A stretch of DNA of 30,133 nucleotides from Octopus sinensis (taxonomy: Eukaryota): assembly GCF_006345805.1 (NCBI RefSeq), contig NW_021832649.1, forward strand, positions 1-30,133. Reading direction: 5' to 3'. How positions within the stretch are numbered: the stretch's first letter is position 1; each line of letters begins with the position of its first letter. The notes beneath the pieces were generated by a model. The model did no database searches, was not told the origin of the DNA, and saw only the letters and a list, made by a program, of their open reading frames with translations. The translations under genes were made by a program, and so were the position numbers. Below, in pieces: positions 1 to 11,377 of this stretch.

Positions 1-1
1 G

Positions 2-65
2 CAGAAATCATTTTCTTCAGGAAAGTGATTAGTTTCCTTCTGACTATTCGTTTCATGACTTGCTG
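2..65 (-). ncRNA. Hammerhead-ribozyme-like motif, type II topology (imperfect)
   Basis: Minus strand: CAGCAAGUCAU-GAAAC-GAAUA-GUC-AGAAG-loop-CUUUC-CUGAAGA-AA-AUGAUUUCUG. Stems I-III can be drawn, with one A.C mismatch at the base of stem I and two extra A after the core. Confidence 0.35.
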
Positions 66-76
66 ATGTGTGAGGG

Positions 77-77
<1 letters not shown>

Positions 78-132
<55 letters not shown>

Positions 133-165
133 TATATACATTTGGGTATATGTATATATATATTT
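78..165. repeat. Interrupted (TA)n microsatellite
   Basis: Direct reading. Confidence 0.95.
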
Positions 166-568
166 TTAATCTTCCAATTTTAAAACACCTGTAGTTCCTT
201 CGTATTTAATAAATTTAAGTATTAACTAAAGTAGGAGATAATTAAGGAAGTATAATATATACCCTGGTGGTAATTTTGGTTATATCCTTTAAGTATTATT
301 TCGCGATGTGCAAAACTGATAGCATGAGTTTACTTTCAGATATACTCATTAGGTTATAATTTATATTATCTGGACAAGAATATCCGAATACCGATTACTC
401 CCCCCAAATTGAATTAATATTAACTTTTAACAGATACCTTGTATATCAATAGATAAATATATAAATATATGATAAATAAGATACTCCATTACGATATGTA
501 GATGTATATAATGCTGAAGGGATGTACCTGATTGATTTGGAAATTTGTTTTCCCAAAATATTTAAATG

Positions 569-570
<2 letters not shown>

Positions 571-617
<47 letters not shown>
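571..617. repeat. (TA)n microsatellite
   Basis: Direct reading. Confidence 0.95.
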
Positions 618-620
<3 letters not shown>

Positions 621-733
621 ATATGTAGATGAGTTCAGCAAAAAAATAGATTCAGATGAAGAGAGTACTTAAGTTGAGGCACAAGATTTTAGTACGGTAT
701 CATCCAGACAATTTCAAAGTATGGTGATTAAAA

Positions 734-1043
734 TCAAAATCAGCAACAAGGATATCCAGAGGTAATGCAATACGATCGTTTCATACAACTCCATTTAATT
801 GAACAATGCAATCATTACATCAATTTAAAATGTAGAGCAATCTTCAGCTGTACAACGACATAGAATTTAATTGTAGAGCCATCTTTAGCTGTACAAAGAC
901 ATAGAATTTAATTCTATGTCTTTATGCAGCTGAAGATTGCTCTACATTTTAAATTGTTGTAATGATTGCAATGTTCAATTAAAAGGAGTTGCATGAAATG
1001 GTCGTACTGCATTACCATTGAATTTCCTTGCTGCTTATTTTGA
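734..1043. repeat. 310-bp spacerless inverted repeat (foldback) with a 41-bp tandem duplication in the left arm
   Basis: Left arm from 734 matches the reverse complement of 910-1043 at roughly 88% by eye; centre near 909. Tandem copies at 831-871 and 872-912. Confidence 0.9.
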
Positions 1044-1045
1044 GG

Positions 1046-1122
1046 TACATACATACATATATATATATGTATATAAATATATACATACACGCATATACAT
1101 ATATATATATACAAAATTATAT

Positions 1123-1169
<47 letters not shown>

Positions 1170-1420
1170 CATATATATACATATACATATACATATATAT
1201 ATACATATATATATATACAGATATATATACATATAAATATAAAGGTATATACATATATGTATACACATATATATGCACAAATATATATATATATACACAC
1301 ATATATATGCACATATATATACACACATATATATATATACACAGATATACACACACATATATTACACATATATATACACACAGATATATATACATATATA
1401 TACACACATAATTAAACATA
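1046..1420. repeat. Compound TA/CA/TACA low-complexity tract
   Basis: Direct reading; produces the Y/I/H/T and Y/V/C/M pseudo-ORFs. Confidence 0.95.
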
Positions 1421-1701
1421 TATCACCGTGACCGACCAGGCTATCAGATGTTACTACACATCGCTGGTCACAATGCGCTTCGCATTGTTTTAGCCTTCAA
1501 GTGACGCCACCCCGCTGGCTAAGCGAGTAGGCCAACATAAGAAAGAGTATAGCAGGGATGACCACCACACCCTGCCTGAGCCTCGTGGAGCTTTAGGTGT
1601 TTTTGCTCAATAAACACTCACAACGCCGGGTCTGGGAATCGAAACCGCAATCCTACGAACACGAGTCCACTACCCTAACCACTGGGACATCGCGCCTCCA
1701 C
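1421..1701 (-). mobile_element. tRNA-derived SINE (family S1), near full length
   Basis: Minus strand head GTGGAGGCGCGATGTCCCAGTGGTTAGG (A-box-like) and GGTTTCGATTCC (B box), followed by a TGAGCAAAAACACC central motif. Confidence 0.75.
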
Positions 1702-1872
1702 CGGGACGCCAGTCCATCGCAGCGTAGCTCATTTTGGCGGCTGAAAGGACTTGAGCAACGTGAAATGAAGTGTTTTGCTCAAGAACACAACGCGTCGCCC
1801 GGTCCAGGAATCGAAACCGCAATCTTACGACCATGATGCTGACACCCTAACTACTAAGCCACGCACGTCCAC
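1702..1872 (-). mobile_element. tRNA-derived SINE related to S1, 3'-truncated, in tandem with the previous copy
   Basis: TGGCTTAGTAGTTAGG A box, GGTTTCGATTCC B box, TGTGTTCTTGAGCAAAACACTT core; shares GGAATCGAAACCGCAATC with 1634-1651. Confidence 0.75.
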
Positions 1873-2212
1873 ATATACATATATGCATATATATGTATAT
1901 GTATATATGTATATATATATATATATGTATATATCTATGTATATATGTGTATATATATGTGGGTATATATATATGCATATATATATATATATGTATGTGT
2001 ATATATACGTATATATATGTATATATATAAATACATATATATATACGCATATATACATATACATACACATACATATATATATATATACACAGATATATAC
2101 ACATATATATGCATATATATATATATACATATACATACTTATATATACATATATATATAAATATATATATTTATATACATATATACATATATATACATAT
2201 ACATGCATATAC

Positions 2213-2243
<31 letters not shown>

Positions 2244-2343
2244 ACATACATATACATATATATACATATATATATATACATATATATACATGTATATCGT
2301 ACATATACAGCCATGTTTTTATACATACATATATTTATATATG

Positions 2344-2381
<38 letters not shown>

Positions 2382-2600
2382 TATGCATACATATATACTA
2401 TATGCATATATATATATACATTTTATATATATATATATAACATATATATGCATATATACAGACATATACACATATATATATACATACATATACACACACA
2501 CATATATAATATACATACATATACACATATATATATATATATACATACATACACATATCTATATACATACATATACATATAGATATATATATCTATATTC

Positions 2601-2651
<51 letters not shown>

Positions 2652-2695
2652 CATATATATACTTTCATATATACATACATAAATATATAAATATG

Positions 2696-2733
<38 letters not shown>

Positions 2734-2780
2734 TATATATATATATATATATATATATAGATATATATATATATTATATC

Positions 2781-2836
<56 letters not shown>

Positions 2837-2885
2837 ACCTCCAAACCTTCTAATATACATATATATATATTATACACATACATAT
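1873..2885. repeat. About 1 kb compound TA/TACA/CA microsatellite
   Basis: Direct reading. Confidence 0.97.
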
Positions 2886-3129
2886 AGGTATTTGTTGAAA
2901 TAGTTTATTAAAAAACGGAGAAAACGAATAGAAAACTATAATTTAAAATTTATAAGTTATTAACACACTCGCACATATATTAAAACTGGAAGGCACTCTT
3001 GAGCTTTTCCTCGTCCAAACTCAATAAACATGTAATCTTCTAAAAATGTATTGTGTATTTTTTTAGTGAAATCTTAAATTCTTTGCATTTATAATTTGCT
3101 ATAAAAACAAAGAATAATTTTTGTTTTTT

Positions 3130-3360
3130 CTTACTTGTTTCAGTCATTGGACTGCAGCCATGCTGGGACACCGCCTCGATGGTAATTATTGGAACAGATC
3201 AGACCCAGTACTTATTTTTTTAAAGCCTGATACTTATTCTAGCGGTTTCCTTTGCACCACTGTTAAGTGACGGGGATGTAAACATGCTTACACTTGTAGT
3301 CAAGCGGGAGTGGGGGCAAACACATATACAGATACATACATAGGCACACACACATACACA
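3130..3360 (-). mobile_element. SINE family S2, 3' half
   Basis: TCAGTCATT..CTGC.GCCATGCTGG..CACCGCC..GTACTTATT..GACGGGGA.GTAAAC..GTCAAGCG block also seen at about 18590, 25980 and 29755, and inverted at about 24650. Confidence 0.75.
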
Positions 3361-3639
3361 CACACGCTCACACATATATAAATTAGTGAAAAATCACTAT
3401 TATGTAATTCAAACAATGTTAGATGTAAATTATATCATATAGAAAAAATAAAATACATGATAAAACATTTATCTAAATCACAAAAAGTACATAATAATAA
3501 ATAAACAGTATATAATAAGTAAAAAGACTACGTGTATCGTTCGGCTTAACAGCCTTTCCTATTTGTGTTACTATCATTCTCCTTGTCCTGTCTTTTACTG
3601 TTTATATTTTGTACTGTCGTTACTGTCCTGTTTTTGTTA

Positions 3640-3900
3640 CCATTTTTACCCCTCCGCAAAAAAATCTCAAATTATATTTAATTTGATTTTCGCGGGAAGG
3701 AAAGTTTCATTAAAGTCATGTATCGCCTTGACCTTCGAAATGTGGAGTAGCTGAAACAAAGGCGACTGAAGAAGGGGAATTTTCCTTGTTTTGTATGTTC
3801 TGTACTCTATGTTTTCGTTGTTTAAGAAAAATGTCCATTTCCTTGGTTTTGTGTTTATGTTTTCGTTTCTCATTGTGTTCGACGTTTCTTTGGTGTCCTG
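3640..3900 (+). repeat. Structured non-coding dispersed repeat, possibly Penelope-terminal-repeat-like; second copy at about 23035-23250
   Basis: Both copies share a hairpin, CGAAATG(T/A)GGAGTAG (14/15 identical), a (C/T)TGANGAAGGG motif and a T-rich tail. Confidence 0.6.
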
Positions 3901-4376
3901 TACCCATATAAGCATGTATATATACATGTAGAGGTAGGTACGTACATATATGTATATATGCATATGTTTTATTTATTTATTAATTTATATATATATTTAG
4001 TAGAAATATATAAAGTACACGTGGAAATGTAAGGGTAAAATATGAAAAATCAACGAAAATACATATTGCAAATAGAAAAAGGCTCCTTATGACAGGTAGT
4101 GACAAATATATACATTTAGATTGACTGAGGTAGTAATACGAGTCATAAAGATCATTATTATGAGATGATTATAAGATGATAATAAAGTAAGAGAACAAAA
4201 CGAACCAGTGGTTTACGTTAATATACGGTGTCAGGTCTAATAGTTTATGAGAAAAAATATTATTTGTAAGAGAGGTAAGTAGTTCTGGATTATTTGTAAG
4301 GGAGGTAAGTAGTTCTGGAATTAGAGATGTGACTGATGTAGGTAGTGTACAGGGTTTAGTGGTTTCAATTGAAGAG

Positions 4377-5305
4377 TTAGTGGTGTTCTGTATTGAGTTG
4401 TGTGTTCATATTTTGTTGGGGGAGAAATTTGTTGATGAAAAATGTCTCTTTATTCAGCCTTTGTTGCATTGTGGTGTTCTGTGAGCATTGGTAAAAGGGA
4501 AATATTTGGAAATTGGGATTAAGATTCCTGGTACATCTTTCTATGTGTTCACTTACCTTTAACTGTTTGTATTGTGGGTGACGGATTTGCTCTTTGTGAG
4601 TGGGGATTCTTTGACGGAGCGAAATTCCTGTTTGTCCAATATAGAGTTTACTACATCCTATGCATGTCATGACATAGATTACATTTGCTGAGGCGCTGGT
4701 GAAATTTGAGTTGATCCTAAATATTTCTCCTTATTTGAATTGGGATTCCGAACCCTCCAGAAGGTGGGGGCATGTTCCACAGAACGTCCACATTTTGTCA
4801 CTTTTGGCTCAGTAGTTAGTGGGTAAAGTCTAGCGCTGGTTAATATTCTTTTCAGTGACTTCGGTTGCTTTTTGGTTTTTATAATTTTATATGAGTTTAA
4901 AATTTCGTTCATTGTTTTGTCTGCTGTGAGGATGGGAAGGTTTTGGGTGATGCTGTTGAAGGGGTCGTTGTTTCTGGGGTTATGTGTGGAGATGTACGGG
5001 AGTATTTTTAAGTCTTGTTGAGTATTTCGGCTAGTTTTCCTTAATCTTTGAATATCTATTTCCTTAGCTCTTTTGATGGCTTCATTTACTAATGAGATTG
5101 GGTAGTGTCTTCTAGTTAGTGTAGATCTAAGTTCAAGGAGTCTATGTTCTCGAGTGTATGTATCGGAAACTATGGTGCAGATTCTTTTTGCTAGGTTAAA
5201 GGGTATGTTGATTTTTATGTGTTTGGGCTAGCAGGAGTTAAATAATAGGTATTGTTTAGAATCTGTGGGTTTATAAAAGATGTCTGTTTCTATGTGGTTG
5301 TTAAC
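4377..5305 (-). mobile_element. Penelope-like retroelement 3' fragment (RT thumb plus GIY-YIG endonuclease), inactivated
   Basis: Translation gives TDIFYKPTDSKQYLLFNSC*PKHIKINIPFNLAKRICTIVS (PLE RT thumb), then KCGR, NVIYVMTCIGCSKLYIGQTG..LRQRI..H and R.NKETFFI (GIY-YIG). One in-frame stop and a frameshift near 4785. Confidence 0.88.
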
Positions 5306-5420
5306 TATAATATATATATATATATATTATAAATTTCTAATTTATATATATTTATATTGTGAAATTTGATTTAATACTAAATTGAATTTTTCCCTGTAAA
5401 TTTGGAGTTGTACTCCATAT

Positions 5421-6115
5421 TGTTATTATTATTCAGTAGTTTTATTTTTATAGCGTGCTTTCACTTCACTACCGAGCGCAGCTCTGTGTGCCTTGGGTAT
5501 GTGCTGTGATTTGTTGTGATGCTCTGATGGTTACTGTATTGAAAGTGTTTTGCGTAGGATGTGTGCAGTGCCTAGTAGCGCAATTGTCTGTACGTTATAT
5601 ATATTTGTAAGTCTTGGTGTATTTGTTATGTATTTGTCTGAATAATTTTTCATCATACCTAATGCGCCTACTATGATAGGAATTGTTTCTGTTTTTAGAT
5701 TCCACATTCGAGTTACCTCTATTTCCAGGTCTTTGTATTTTGAAAGTTTCTCCATTTCTTTTAGAGACACGTTGTCGTCTGCTGGTATTGATACATGAAT
5801 TAGAAGGCATTTTTTTCTTCATGATATCTGACAATTATATCTGGCCTATTGGCTTTAATTTCTCTATCTGTGTGTATTGGCAAATCCCAGAGTATAGTTG
5901 ATTTCTCGTATTCTGTGACCTTTTCTGGTGTGTGCCTATACCATCTTTTTTCTGTTGTTATTCCATAATGTTGGCATAGCCTCCAGTGTATGTAGGTCCC
6001 GTCTCTATCGTGTATGTGAATATATTCCTTCTTAGTCGGGACTGGGAAGCCAGAGATAATATAAGTTATTGTTTCTTGTCCATCTGCTTGTCCGCTGCTG
6101 ACTTCTTCTCATGAC

Positions 6116-6117
<2 letters not shown>
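5421..6117 (-). mobile_element. R4/Dong-type non-LTR retrotransposon, 5'-truncated copy 1
   Basis: HDR..TYIHW.LC, ANRPDII, CLLI.VSIPADDNVSLKEMEKLSKYKDLEIEVTRMW..PIIVGALG..ALLGTAHILRKTLSIQ* (restriction-like endonuclease domain), then a 3' UTR and TAA tail. Confidence 0.88.
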
Positions 6118-6155
<38 letters not shown>

Positions 6156-6177
6156 CATTATTATTATTATTATTATT
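6118..6177. repeat. (TTA)n tract between LINE copies
   Basis: Direct reading. Confidence 0.95.
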
Positions 6178-6803
6178 CAGTAGTCTTATTTTTATCACGT
6201 GCCTTCACTGCACTGTCGAGCGCAGCTCTGTATGCCTTGGTTATGTGCTCTGGTTTGTTGTGATGCTCTAATTTTCACTGTATTGAAAGTGTTTTACGTT
6301 GGATGTGTGCGGTGCCTAGTAGTGCTATTTTCTGTAGGTTATTTATATATGAAAGTCCTGCTGTTTTTGCTATGTATTTGTCCGAATGTTTTTTATCATA
6401 CCTCATGCACCTACTATGATGAGAAGTATTTCTGTTTTTAGATTCCATATTCGAGTTATCTTTACTTCCAGATATTTGTATTTTGAATGCTTCTCTGGTT
6501 CTTGTTGAGAAACATTGTCATATGTTGGTATTGATAAATCGATTAGAAAGCATTTTTTTCTTGGTGATCTCTGACAACTTTATCCGGCCTATTGGCCTTA
6601 ATTTCTCTGTGTGTATTGGCATATCCCAGAGTATGGTTGCTTTCTAATTTTCTGCGATCTTTTCTGGCATGTGCCTATACCATCTTTTTCCTGTTGTTAT
6701 TTCATAGTACTGGCATATCTTCGAGTGTATATAGGTACCAACTCTGTCGTGTCTATGAATATATATCCCTTCTTAGTATGAACTGGGCAGCCAGAGACAA
6801 TAT
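6178..6803 (-). mobile_element. R4/Dong-type LINE, 5'-truncated copy 2
   Basis: Colinear with 5421-6070, from HIVSGCPV to the same 3' UTR (CAGTAG..TTATTTTTAT..CGTGC.TTCACT on plus). Confidence 0.85.
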
Positions 6804-6804
6804 G

Positions 6805-6859
<55 letters not shown>

Positions 6860-6868
6860 ATTATTATT
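6804..6868. repeat. (TTA)n tract
   Basis: Direct reading. Confidence 0.95.
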
Positions 6869-7079
6869 GTCTTTGCGCAGCTTCTATCGCTGGAGATGTA
6901 CTATGGTGCCAGCTGTTCACTAGCAGTGATCTAAGGTTAATATTATCATCATCATAATTATTATTATTTAAGTTTGGAAAGAAATTGTATAACTTACGAT
7001 TTGCACCGGAACCTGGCATTAGTAAAAGACGCTGTGGCACACCTCCCCTCTTTTCTCTAGACGTTTATAATGCTTAATA

Positions 7080-7116
<37 letters not shown>

Positions 7117-7311
7117 CAAGGCAAATATGTGTGTATATATGTACACACATACATACACACATGTATATATACATATGTATGTGTGAGTCTGTGTGTTTGT
7201 GCATATGTGTGTATACACAAGATTGTGTACGAGAGAGTTTTTGCTCACATTTCAAAAATATTTGTGAAATTGAGAAGTCAATAGAATGATGTATATATAC
7301 AATTTCACTAA

Positions 7312-7362
<51 letters not shown>

Positions 7363-7364
<2 letters not shown>

Positions 7365-7972
7365 ATAGTCTTATTTTTATTACGTGCTTTCACTGCACTA
7401 CTGAGCGCAGCTCTGCGTGCCTTGAGTATGTTCTATGGTTTGTTCTAGTTTTGTTATTTTCACTATTGGAAGTGTTTTACGCAGGATGTGTGCAGTGTCC
7501 AGTAGTGTTATTTTCATTATGTTATACATATTCATAAGTCTTAGTCTGTTTGTTAATCATATCCAATGCTCCTATTATTATGAGTATTCTTTCTGCCTTT
7601 AGGCTCCACATTCGGGTTATCTTCATTTCCATAGATTTGTATTTTGAGTGTTTCTCTGTTTCTTTTAGAGGTACATTGTCATCTGTTGGAATTGATAGGT
7701 CGATCAGAAGGCATATTTTTTTATGATCTCTGACAAATATATCCGGTCTATTAGCTTCGATCTCGTTATTCGTGTGTATTAGCATATCGCAGAATATTGT
7801 TACTTTCTCATTTTCTGATGTTCTTTCTGGGCTGTGCCTATACCATCTTTTTTTCTATTGTCATTCCATAGTGACGGCATAACTGCCAATGTAAATAGGT
7901 CCCAACTCTATCATGTCTGTGCATATATTCCTTCTTAGCCCGGACTGGGCAGTCAGCGACAGTATAACTATC
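7363..7972 (-). mobile_element. R4/Dong-type LINE, 5'-truncated copy 3
   Basis: CPVRAKKEYMHRHDRVGTYLHWQLCRHYG; ANRPDIFVRDHKKICLLIDLSIPTDDNVPLKETEK; same 3' UTR abutting (TTA)n 7313-7362. Confidence 0.85.
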
Positions 7973-8053
7973 ACCCCACCACAAATTACTGCCCATGTGG
8001 CAAAATTTGAAATCGTTATCATTATTGCTATTGTTGTTGTTGTTGTTGTTAAA

Positions 8054-8295
8054 GCAGCGCATTGGTTGAATTTCTAGAGCGCCGGAAAAATGCTTTGTTG
8101 GTATTTCTTCCGGCTCTTTACATTCCTGAGTCGAAATCCTGCGGAAGTCAAATGTGTTTTTCCTCTCTGGTGGTGATGGTAGTGGTGGTGGTGGTGGTGG
8201 GGGGGGCGATAGAATAAAGTGTAAATAATGAGGTTCGATGTTTATCGACCAAAACACCTCACTTTGAAATTGCTGACCTTGTATCGAAATCAGAA
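8054..8295 (+). mobile_element. tRNA-derived SINE family S3, degenerate, with internal (GGT)n
   Basis: Matches the reverse complement of the 16551-16782 and 22273-22455 copies (AAATGCTT..GGTATTTC.TCCGGCTCTTTAC.TTCTGAGT..AAAT). Confidence 0.6.
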
Positions 8296-8321
8296 ATTGT
8301 TGCTGCTGTTGCTGTTTGGAG

Positions 8322-9570
8322 ACGGTCGGTATCATCCTAAAGGAATTGATTGCAGAGGCTAAAACCAAAGCCAACAAATCAGTGAGTTTGCGGTTGGGTT
8401 CCTGGAGAGGCAGGTAGAGGCCATCGGACGCTGCACCGACGGACCAGTTAAATTGCTTGGGGTCTGGTTTGGTCCTGACCTCCAGGTAAATAAGAACTGG
8501 GATGAGGTAGCGAACAGGGTGGCTAATTTTACCCAAAAATGGGGAGAAAAGAAGCTGTCTCTGAAAGGTTGGGCAGAGGTGGCGAATTCCTACATCGTTA
8601 TCATTTATTGCCTGACCATTGTGCCTTATCCCGGTCACTTCTTGACCAGGTTGAAACCTCTCATCTAAATCTTATGGAAGAAATGCGTTCCAATGGTCAA
8701 GCAGTCAGTCTGTTGCCAGCATCCTCTGAGCGGCGGATTAGGTATGCTATGGCTCCTAATGTGCAGACACGCTCTTAGGTTACGCCACCTGCAACGTCTT
8801 CCTGGACGGTGAGATTGTGTGGGCTCCATTTGTAAGGCTCGTATTTCCGCAGCTCGTCTCCTTGACGGAGCTGCAGTCCTGGGTGGAGTAAAGACCGAGA
8901 CTGGGCGCCTGGCTCACAGCGATCGACCACTCAGGCAGTGTGGTCGGTGGATGTTCCGCTTTAGAAATTTAGAGAGGATTAGTGGAGGGGAAGTTCGACT
9001 ACGTTCTCGTGGAGACTCAGGGCGCCGACAAAACGAACTTGTCTGTTCCGGAGGACTTTCCGGTCGAGAACTATCATGAATAATTCCCAGATTCCTTGGC
9101 TTGGTAGTGCTACCGGGGTACGCAATCGGTTCGAGATAAACTCTAAAGCACGGATAAATTTCTGTTTGGTAGAGTTCTCATTGACTTCTTCAACTCACAG
9201 TTGAAAAGGAAATTGAGGGTGGAGAAGGAAGTGCTGTCCTTAAGTGAGTTTATTGAAAAGTGGGTGAAAGTTGCGAAAATGGCAAGAGTGGAGGGTACCT
9301 CTCTAAGTGTAAACCTGTGAGTCGGGAAGAAGGAATTGGAGAGGGCACTTACTCTTGGACAGTGGGGTGCCTCGATTATCCCTAGAGGTCATCCTGTATC
9401 TTTAAACCTCTGTATATTATGTATATTTCCCTCCATTTCCATTGTATACCTTGCATACTTACGTTCTTTAGTTACTTATTTATTTTAGCAATTCGTTATA
9501 TGTAAACACCCACACTTTAATGTATGTCTTTGTATTTTCCCTCCCATGCTCACCCTGGCGGCAAATAAAT
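8322..9570 (+). mobile_element. L1/Tx1-type LINE 3' fragment A, degenerate
   Basis: VKLLGVWFGPDLQVNKNWDEVANRV..W..KKLSLKG.AEVAN (post-RT region typical of L1/Tx1); homologous to 12070-13120. Confidence 0.75.
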
Positions 9571-9589
9571 GAAATCATCATTATTATAT

Positions 9590-11355
9590 GACAATTCACA
9601 GCTTATTTTGTGGGATATGATGGAAGTGTCAGCTGTCACATCCAGCAGACTAAGTTGACACTTGTTTACTGGTCATGTTTGAAGAACCCTGCGAAGAATT
9701 CTTGCAGTTCCAAGCAATGCTGATTTTGCAGGTGTTCTACCTTCACACTTGCACCAAACTTTTTCAGCCATGCTGGTAGTTGAGTGCTGATACTTGCAAG
9801 TGCACCAATTACTATTTGTTTCACGTCTACTCTCTTCATTGATTACAGCCTTCGTATTTCCCACTTCAAATCGTTATAGTTGTTTAGTCTTTCTTTTTCT
9901 ATCACAGTGATCCTGTTGTCAACAGGGCAAGCTATGTCGATTATCATACATGCTCTTTCTTTTTCATTCACCACAGCAATGTTCGGTTTCCGGTGTCTGG
10001 TTTGGTGATCGCACTGGATCATTGCATCCCACAGGATTTTGCGATCTTCATTTTCGGTGACTCCTTCTGCAGTTTGCTCATATCAAGTCTTTGCTCTCTG
10101 TAGGTCGTGATTTACACACAGCTCCCAATGGATCATTCTTGGGACATTGTCATGTCGTCTTTTGTATTCGTGTTGTGCTAATTTCGGGTATTCGCTAACG
10201 ATGTGCCATACCTTTTCACCCCTCTCTAACGATCTATCTTACCGTTGCATCCATACCGTATTTGTCGCTATCGGTGTTGTTGTCTATTCTGCACTCCATA
10301 TAGTTGGTCCTTAACGCTTGTTCCTGAGCTGTGCATATGAGTGCTTCTGTCTCTATCTTCAGGTCACTCCTCCTCATCCATAGTCACCGGTCCTCTCTAT
10401 CTGTCTTGGCGTTCACATCTCTTGCAAACAGACTGTACATTTTCTTTTCCTTCTCTACTTTTTCTTTTTGTTCATTTCTTGTTTAAATTTTTCTTTTGTT
10501 ACACCATTTTCAGTTTTGCTGACGCAGGTCTTCGTGTGTTTCATCAGTGGCTCCTAGGCATTTTTTCTATACCACACTAGGCTACTTTCCTTTGCTTCGA
10601 TACAGTTCTGGCAACTGATCAAATCTCTCTCACCCTTTCTTCTGGACAAGTATAGCCTATCGATGTCACTCTTAGGGTGGAAGGCTCCGTGTACTGTCAA
10701 CCCTTTTCTGGTCTTGGTATCCATTTTCTTCATTTCTCTCTTTTACTATTTTATAATTCCCACTCCATACCGAAATGATGCTATTGCCCACGTATTAACT
10801 GCTTGGATTTTAATCCATCCAGTCAATTTTGAGCGCAGCACCAGCCTCAGTCTTCGGAAATACTCCATCCTCAGTTGCTCTGTCATTTCCTTTTCCATTA
10901 TCTCATTGAACTCTAGTGCGCCAAGTATTTGTATCCTTCCGTTTCAATTTGTTTAACCAAGTCTCTATTTGGTAATTCTATTCCTGCTAGAGATGGTACC
11001 TTGCCTCTTTTAGGTAGATTATTCCGCAATTTCTGAGTCAAATTCCATTCTAATATCAGTACTAAAACAGTGGACCGTGTTCACCAAGGAACTCACTTGT
11101 ATCGCATCCTCACCATACAGTTTCAACTCATCCACGAAGAGGAGGTGGTCGATTGTTTGGGATTTTTCTTTTAGTTGGTACCCTGGTTAATTTTCCTAAG
11201 TACCAAGGTCAGAGGTATCATGCAAAGAACAAGAGATAGGTTATCACCCTGAAAAGTACTTCTTCTGACACCAGGGTACCCAAGCTTTTACCGTAAGATG
11301 TCTGTTCAGTTTTCCATGCTACCATACTCCTCTTCAAGAAACATCCATCGCAATT
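9590..11355 (-). mobile_element. R4/Dong-type LINE fragment (RT motifs 4-5 to 3' end), degenerate
   Basis: RRSTFQGDNLSLVLC (FQGD.LSP motif), IDHLLFVDELKLYG (Y/F.DD motif), RHDNVP and KSALLGTARILRRVLQT*; many stops. Confidence 0.82.
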
Positions 11356-11377
11356 CATTATTATTATTATTATTATT

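Noticed and set aside
1640-1872. tRNA-like A/B boxes (also 16700-16782 and 18860-18920)
   Set aside because: No complete cloverleaf; they continue into SINE bodies present in multiple copies, so they are SINE heads rather than tRNA genes.
914-2887. Many long ORFs rich in Y/I/H/T or Y/V/C/M
   Set aside because: Translations of TA/CA/TACA microsatellites, which lack stop codons in several frames. The same applies to ORFs near 7020-7290, 13508, 20100-20560, 24510, 27250-28070 and 29220.
4200-4240. Hammerhead-like remnant on the minus strand 3' of the Penelope-like ORF (CTGACA..TAAAC..GGT)
   Set aside because: Both core words are mutated and no stem I can be drawn.
6995-7055. Possible minus-strand mini-exon (AG..GTAAGT) downstream of the thioredoxin-like exon
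   Set aside because: Weak acceptor without a pyrimidine tract; no frame continues a thioredoxin fold (RKEGRCATASF.. or EKRGGVPQRL..).
7838-8638. 266-aa minus-strand ORF, the longest in the track
   Set aside because: Chimeric: antisense Tx1 sequence, SINE and poly-Q/P/N from trinucleotide tracts, ending in an R4 fragment.
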